From contig CM119266.1 in assembly GCA_051294375.1 (NCBI GenBank), positions 16,098,031-16,113,062 on the forward strand: DNA of 15,032 nucleotides, given 5' to 3'. This document shows, in pieces, positions 9,363 through 15,032 of this stretch; the first letter of the stretch is position 1, and each line of letters opens with the position of its first letter. The notes under the pieces are model-generated. The model was given only the letters and a program-made list of their open reading frames with translations, was not told where the DNA came from and searched no databases. The position numbers and the translations under genes were made by a program. Source of the stretch: Paraspadella gotoi. Lineage: Eukaryota; Animalia; Chaetognatha.

Positions 9363-11002
9363 TCACACGACGGACTTCACGCCCTCAGCTAGATTGATTC
9401 GCGATTGCGACTTGTAAGCCGTCAGCCGCGCCTTTGCTTCCTTCGCGTAGCCCTCCTGCTTGGCGTCGCGCAGATAGCGTTGGTAGGATCTGACGAAGCT
9501 GCTCCGCACCTCGGCCGTCCCGGTCTCGATGACCCAGCGCCGCCCCCACGCCGCCGAGCGCCACTGGGCGGCGTCGGCGACGATGGTGGCGGAACTGGCG
9601 ACGCCGGTTAAGTAGCGCCGGTACGAAATCTCGTAGTCTTGACGAGTCGTCGTGGAGGACGCGGCGTTGATCGGAACGTTGCGCCATCCTTGCTCGAGAT
9701 CGGATTCGCCGGGCGCCGGAGGATTGTGCGACTTCATGATGTAGGACTCGACGGATCCCGTGGACAAGCGGGCGGGAATTTTTCGTGGCTTCGGTGGCGC
9801 CGTTCGCTTTAAATACGTTGAGCGACGCCGGATTGAGTCCACATCCTCCGGTGATGTCGAAGCCATCGACTTGCCCGACAACATCGATTTGCCCGACGCC
9901 ATTGATTTGCGTGTCGCCATCGATTGTCTTGTCTCTATGTAACGTCTCGTCGACATTTCTTCTCCTGGCGCCATGGATTTCCGCACGGTCACGGATTGTC
10001 CCGGGGTCGCCACTGACTGCCGAGGGGTCGTACTTTTCGGCGTTGACTCAGCGGGGATCGATCTTAGCTTCGGTGAGGCCCCCGCCTGAGACCGACGCCG
10101 TAATTGATCGGCGAGTTTGAAGGCGCGTTCCTGCTCAGTCGACGACTTTCGGCTTCTCTCGAAAACGTCGTAGGCGAACGTCGTTTTTGGCGTCTCCAGA
10201 GCGTCTACGATCTCGCCGCCGCCGACAAACTTCGTGACGTCCCACTCGACCGGCGTTCTTATGGCACCGGTTTGTGAACGCCAGGGTTTTCTTTGCCATC
10301 GAATTCCTTTTTTGGCGGAATCGTCGTCCCTGTCATCTTCTTTTCCTTCTTCCTCATCTCTTCCTCCGGCGATACTCTTTCTCTCATCATCCCCTTCGCT
10401 TCCTTTTTCGCCTTCGCTTCCTGATCTTCCGCTTCCGCCGCTTCCGCTTTCAACGCTTACGTTTACTTTTGATCGAGAATCCCTGCCATCGCTGCTCCTG
10501 CTATCGCTGCCACTGCCCAAGCCAGTGCCCAAGCTTCTGCTGCCTTCGCTTTTTTCCTCGCCCTTGTCGTCGCCGCCTTCACCTTCGTCAATGAGATCGC
10601 CAAAGTCTGCTCCGGCAAAAAAATCTTGAAAATCTTCTAAGCCGACGCCGCCAGCGCTACCGGCGTCACCGCCACCCCTGCCTCCGCTGCCTCCGCTTCC
10701 TCTAACGCTGCCGCTGACCTTACCATCGCCGTAACGACCTTCCCGTTCAACAACACTGTCCCTAAGATCTCCGTTATCACCGCCACTGCGGTCTCCAATG
10801 ACATTACCGCCTGCGCCGCCGCCACTGCCTCCGCCGCCACCAGCCCTCTCGTTCTTTGGCTGTTCGCGACTAACCTCACCAACGCTTCGTCCACTTCCTC
10901 CGGACAAAGTCGTTGTCTTTGTCCCGAAAGTCTCGCAGCTTTGGTCTCCGACGCCGTCATCGCTGCTGCCGCCGCTGTCTTTGCCAAAAGTCACTGTAGA
11001 GG
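9363..11002 (-). CDS. Gene B last exon: uncharacterised Gly/Ser-rich, then acidic, then basic disordered protein; paralog of gene A
   Basis: 543-codon GC-rich ORF preceded by a strong acceptor, ttttttccctcag| (AG at 11004-11003; in-phase alternative acag| at 10995-10994). It contains WRSQTGAIRTPVEW (10242-10283), matching gene A. TGA at 9363-9365. Confidence 0.88.
9862..10022 (-). repeat. Degenerate 18-bp coding repeat giving hexapeptides [RG]-[KQ]-S-[MV]-x-x in gene B
   Basis: Translation RQSVAT-PGQSVTV-RKSMAP...RQSMAT-RKSMAS-GKSMLS-GKSMAS; DNA units of the type catcgatttgcccga. Confidence 0.8.
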
Positions 11003-11148
11003 CTGAGGGAAAAAATCCGTAGGAAGATTAACAAATTAAAATGTTAATAAACAGTGACAAATCTAGTAACACTTCCTAACTCTCCTTCTCCCGAAATTAC
11101 TATTACTCTCTCTCACTCTCTCACTCTCCTATCATTTCTGATACTCAC
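11003..11148 (-). other. Gene B intron 2 (about 146 nt, phase 1)
   Basis: Donor A|GTGAGT at 11148 is in phase with acceptor ccctcag|. The overlapping GTAAGT at 11152 is phase 0 and has no compatible acceptor nearby. Confidence 0.65.
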
Positions 11149-11719
11149 TTACAAACCGCAGGTCATCGCCCCCGATTCTGCTGTCGCCTCTGCCGTCGCC
11201 TCGGCCGCCGCCTCTGCCGCCGCCTCGGCCGTCGCCTCTGCCCCAGCCTCTGCGGCCGTCGCGGTCGTCGCCGGCCGCAATCAATCGCGATCCTCGACGC
11301 CGGGAATTCCATCCTCCGATGCGGAACCGGATTTGCCAGAGGCGCTGCAGCACGACGCTCGGCGGCGTCGGCGGCGGAATCGGCCTTTGATTCAACAGGT
11401 TGCCAGCCCAGGCTGCCGAAACCTCGAAACGAGTAGAGAAAATTAAGTATCTTAAGCCCGAAAAATAGGACATCCTTCGGTCCCCTCCCCCAACCAGGTG
11501 GGCCTCGTCTTCCACTTTTCTTTCGTCGCCTTTCCGCCTCCTCTCTTGGCAAGTCCGATGTCGCGCGACCCCGGCGGGAAGGCGCCATGGGGGCAACCCC
11601 GGACGAGGCTTGAAGAATGGGGCAGTCGCCAGCAGGTTGCGCTTGTTGAATGCAGGGCCGAAGGATTGGAGGCTGGGGATCCACTTCTTATCCGTCGCCT
11701 TCTGTTTGTTTTGCGTCAT
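11149..11719 (-). CDS. Gene B 5' coding region (exon 1 11719-11495 + exon 2 11422-11149, or one exon if the 72-nt intron is retained): conserved N-terminal blocks plus RGG repeats
   Basis: ATG at 11719 (acaATG) after an A-rich leader. It contains LQSFGPAFNKRNLLATAPFFKPRPGLPPW and RLWQIRFRIGGWNSRRR, both homologous to gene A, followed by GRGDGRGGGRGGGRGDGRGD. Confidence 0.85.
11183..11242 (-). repeat. 12-bp coding repeat encoding RGG/RG motifs, (GRG[DG])x5
   Basis: Units such as gtcgcctctgcc and gccgcctcggcc on the + strand; translation GRGDGRGGGRGGGRGDGRGD. Confidence 0.85.
11423..11494 (-). other. Probable gene B intron 1 (72 nt, phase 0, stop-free 3n intron) at the position equivalent to gene A intron 1
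   Basis: CTG|GTTGGG ... cttaattttctctactcgtttcgag|GTTTCG: branch-like ttaat, a pyrimidine tract and an AG. Removing it restores colinearity with gene A (75 vs 73 codons in exon 1). The GAG acceptor is atypical. Confidence 0.55.
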
Positions 11720-13295
11720 TGTTTTCGTTTTTGTTTTTTTGTTTTTATTTTTGGGTTTTTTGTTTAATTAAAAAACTATAATTCACGAAATTTATTCAAC
11801 AGAAAATTTGTTTCGATACACGGTCTCGGCTCTTGACACAATTCAATTAGTTTCTTTATTTTAAAAATTCTAATTACAGTGTTTCAGTATTTTTTCACTG
11901 TATGCTCACTTTCTTTTGGTCATCGCTCGAATGTAACAGAATGAAATGAAGAAACGTAGCTAGCTTTTTTTTTTCGTTAATATTTCTCTACTTTTTCGAT
12001 TCAGTTCAGTTTCACCTTTAGCAAGAGAAGCTTCCTCCTTTTTTATTACTACTTTTTCCTCTAAATTCCTTTTCGGCTTTTTCTTTCCTCCTTCCTTCTT
12101 TTTTTTTTCTCATCCTTTCCTTTTTTTTCGCTCGACGAAAGGTGTTTCACGTTTGACTTCTTTCCACGTTTATTCAAAACTCATCTGCATTTCAAAGGCG
12201 AATACAAAAGACCCGCCAAATTTTTTTTCTTTTTCGTTGCAGGAGGAAAAAAAAACTATCTACGGCTCACCTTTTCACGTTGCGAGGGGAAAAAAAGAGA
12301 GCGAGGATAGTAAAGGAAAAAAAAAGCGATTTAAGAAAAAAAAAGGATTTACGCGAGGGGAAAGTAGAGACGAACTCAATTCGTTGTTTGTTTGACCTCA
12401 CTATCAATATCGGTGAAAAAAAGTTAGTCTAAATTGTATTATTGTATTTGTAAGTCATCCGTGTTCGATCTAGAATAAACAATAATTTTGGTACGTCGTC
12501 ATTTGAATTAAACGATGTTGATAATAGTTTAATAAAAGGCTGTTAACAAAAATATTTTTAATGTTATTCACTATTTCGTAATGATGAAATTGAAAAAGAA
12601 AGAATAAATTATAAAAGAAGAAAAAAAAACAAAAAGCAAAGAAAATAGAAAGGAAAGGGAGAAAAAAAATTTGTTTGCGTTTTTTTCCACCTTCGCTAAC
12701 AAGATTTTTTTTTCTCCTTTTTGAAAATGAAAGAATTTATGTCACGCATATTTAACCTTTTTTTTCAAAAACACACACGGCAGGAGAGAGAGAGAAAGAA
12801 AAAAAAGTAAAAATAGAAAAAGTATGAAGCGAACATAAAGAATCAAACAGAAGACAGGTTATGAAAACTAAGGATGAAAGGAAAGACGAAACTTTGAGCT
12901 CTTCTCCCTTCTCCTCCCTCATTCTACTTCTCCCCCTTTGGCTCACGACAACTTCGTTTCATTTTTCATCAAGATTAATTTTATTGCAACGCTTTCTTGT
13001 CTATTCGTTCCTTTGACCTCTGTTATAATTTAAACATCTTTCCTTCTTTACTACTATTTTTTTTTTAAATTTATATTATTGAATCTATCTCCTCCACTAC
13101 AATCTCTCGCCCTCAGCCCCTCAACTCCCCACCCCCTTTCCGCCCTTGCTTTTCATTCCTACATAATCTTCTTCTTTCTCTCTTTAATTTCCATAAAGCC
13201 TTTGACAGATTATACCTGCTTTACTTATTCTTTGAGGCTGCTCACGCAAGTAGAAAATTTCCTGCGACGCGGAGGGACGACCGAATGCGAGATGG

Positions 13296-13450
13296 GGAGG
13301 TGAGGTTCGAAGCCGGGGACGGCGGATGCGGCTGTCTGATGGTCGCGCGGTGAGTCCGGAGAGTAGGGTTCGAAGCTGGGGCTCGGGGGAAAGTAGGGGA
13401 TCCAAGCGCCGGGGTCGGAGGGAAAGTAGGGATCGAAGCTGGGGATGGGC
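13296..13450. repeat. Degenerate G-rich repeat (GTAGGG[T/A]TCGAAGCTGGGG-like, 4 copies; a fifth, weaker copy at about 13630-13650)
   Basis: gtgaggttcgaagccgggg / gtagggttcgaagctgggg / gtaggggatccaagcgccgggg / gtagggatcgaagctgggg. Confidence 0.6.
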
Positions 13451-13909
13451 AAGACCAAGATAGTGGCTTTTGAAGGTGGGGTTTTGCTGTGTGGAGAAAA
13501 AGAATGTTAAAGCAGGAGTATAATGGCCCGGAAAAGTGGGTGCCGTTAATCAGTGATGCGGGGGGGGGGAAATGCTCGTTAGACATCCAGGGTGCTGAGC
13601 GGGTTAATTCACAGTTGGAGGACATGGCCGGGGGGAAAGTGGGATTCGCATACGAGAGAGACGAGGCGGAAGGAAAGCAAGAAACGGAGTATTGAGTTTG
13701 GCCGCGAAGTGATGTTTGAATGAGGCTGTCGATGCTCTTTTCTTTTATAAAAATTGTATTTGGAATCGATTTTTTTTTAATATTTTTTTTATTTGTTGCA
13801 AATGATACCGAAGTTACACTTTTCATTTTCTCTAACATCAGCCACCGAAACCTCGCGTCATTTTGTTTCGAAATAAAAAAAATGAAAAAAAACTCTTGAA
13901 GTCAATTAA

Positions 13910-13916
13910 AGAGGAG

Positions 13917-13962
<46 letters not shown>

Positions 13963-13972
13963 CGAGAGAGAA
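13910..13972. repeat. (GA)n microsatellite
   Basis: gagagagaga run with gagc interruptions. Confidence 0.9.
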
Positions 13973-14250
13973 AGAAAAAAAAATAGGGTGAAAGAGGGAG
14001 ATTGGTTCGAAAAACCTTTTAACTTAATCAGGAGGGGCACCTATAAAAAAATCAAAAGGAGTCGACTTGATTGAAACCGAGGAGAGAGAAGGGAGGAGGA
14101 GGAAGAGGAAGAGGAGGGAAGGAGGAGGAGGCAACAGAGTGGATTAATTGCTACTAACGGCAAAACAAACCTTCAGTGGCTCCGGAGTCGAACCTCTAAG
14201 CCTGGAAAATCCAATCAGCAAATGAGACTCCAACGACAGGCGACGGGGAA

Positions 14251-14360
14251 GACGACGACGACGACGACGACGACGACGATGGCGTCTGAAATCCTCCTTC
14301 GCCTATTACGTTGTCGATGATGTATCCGACGAAGAGGATGACGACGACGACGACGACGAC
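14251..14360. repeat. Two (GAC)n microsatellites (14251-14279, about 14337-14360)
   Basis: gacgacgac runs seen directly. Confidence 0.9.
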
Positions 14361-14380
14361 GCCGGGCGCCTGGAAACGCA

Positions 14381-14394
14381 ATCTCCATGGCAAC
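14381..14394. promoter_or_regulatory. RFX X-box consensus, ATCTCC-AT-GGCAAC
   Basis: Full match to the X-box consensus RTHNYY-WT-RRNRAC. A weaker X-box-like GGCGCCTGGAAAC sits next to it at 14365-14377, and CCAATCAG lies at 14211-14218. Confidence 0.45.
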
Positions 14395-14625
14395 CGCGGC
14401 GCCGAAAGGCGGCCTTCATTAGCGCCGTCGTCGCTTCGAGACGGTCTCTTCGTCTTTTGTTTCTAAGCGTTGGAAGTAAATGACATTTAAGACGAAATGA
14501 CCATCAGCCTCGTTTCCAACTTCGATTTCTCTTTTTTTTTTTCCCCTCTCTCTCTTTCTATCATTTCTGAAAAACAAGACAGTTTTAAAACGGTTGAACA
14601 AGTACCAAACAATTTTTTTAACCGT

Positions 14626-14626
14626 T

Positions 14627-14667
<41 letters not shown>

Positions 14668-14730
14668 GTCGTCTCTCCGTCCACTCTTTCTGGTTCCGCC
14701 GACCTTCAATGCGTCGTCGTCGTCGTCGTC
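14626..14730. repeat. (CT)n microsatellite (14626-14667) and (GTC)n microsatellite (14713-14730)
   Basis: Direct observation; a further short (GAC)n at about 14844-14856. Confidence 0.88.
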
Positions 14731-15032
14731 ATGTCACCCAGTGGCCGGTTGCCAAACGGCGGAAATCCCGGAAAATTCATGACTGTCCTTTGGAAATGTC
14801 CTTTCGGCCTTCCGCCCGGCCGACTTACGAACCGGCACCCGAAGACGACGACGACGAGGGCAGGCTGGACCGGCGCCCCGGACTGCAGCGCGCCGCAAAA
14901 GCAGCGTCGCCGCGCCGAGCCGCATTTTTTCTTCTTTGATTTCTTCTGCCGCCGTAATTACTAGATGACGTGAATTACTTTCCAGAAAATGTCGAAGTTC
15001 GCTGTCCACATCGCACGATCCACCAATCCCTA

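Noticed and set aside
9363-11002. Reading genes A and B as a single long gene with an internal duplication
   Set aside because: B has a clear in-frame TGA at 9363-9365, and A has its own ATG at the position equivalent to B's start, so two genes is the simpler model.
6981-11767. Plus-strand and alternative-frame ORFs overlapping genes A and B (e.g. 8879-9145, 10234-10629, 11054-11446, 11163-11684)
   Set aside because: Shadow ORFs of GC-rich low-complexity coding sequence. Paralog homology supports only the frames chosen.
6779-11770. Shared tttttgggttttttgttt...aatta at about 6779-6833 and 11748-11770, flanking the gene pair like a target-site duplication
   Set aside because: The sequence is low-complexity and T-rich, the right copy lies in gene B's immediate leader, and there is no transposase, RT, TIR or LTR. 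Probably coincidence.
13296-13450. Repeat-spacer-like pattern considered as a CRISPR array or tRNA gene
   Set aside because: The copies are too degenerate and irregularly spaced, the context is eukaryotic with no cas genes, and no cloverleaf can be folded.
14196-15009. ORFs with poly-V, poly-S, poly-R, poly-D or poly-T runs at the right end
   Set aside because: Driven by (GAC/GTC)n and (CT)n repeats, with no consistent frame or splice structure that I can support. An exon of a neighbouring gene cannot be excluded.

Overview
Eukaryotic (probably invertebrate-like, not identifiable from sequence alone) draft-assembly DNA: AT-rich non-coding sequence with many (CT/GA)n, (GAC/GTC)n and (GTTT)n microsatellites and six N gaps in the first 6.4 kb. 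The main content is two head-to-tail, intron-containing genes on the minus strand that the ORF track splits into pieces. Gene A is join(9107..8889, 8614..6857), about 658 aa. Gene B is join(11719..11495, 11422..11149, 11002..9363), about 712 aa, or 736 aa if a stop-free 72-nt intron is retained. Spliced by hand, the two proteins are divergent paralogs. They share ungapped Trp/Arg/Pro-rich blocks (LxSxGPx[YF]NKRxxLxxAxxFxPxxxxPxWxxxAGV; WxGN...RLW[EQ]IR[YF]R[VI]xGWxxRRR; WRSxxGAxRxxxxW) and the same phase-0 first-intron position, but their disordered linkers are compositionally unrelated (poly-Glu in A; RGG/Gly-Ser in B). I do not recognise the family. Other signals are a candidate E2F/CCAAT promoter module (~2.95-3.06 kb), a consensus RFX X-box (~14.38 kb), a G-rich degenerate repeat or possible Pro-rich exon (~13.3-13.65 kb), and a 200-bp duplication across a 10-N gap that is probably an assembly artefact. 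No RNA genes, CRISPR arrays or recognisable transposon ORFs were found.
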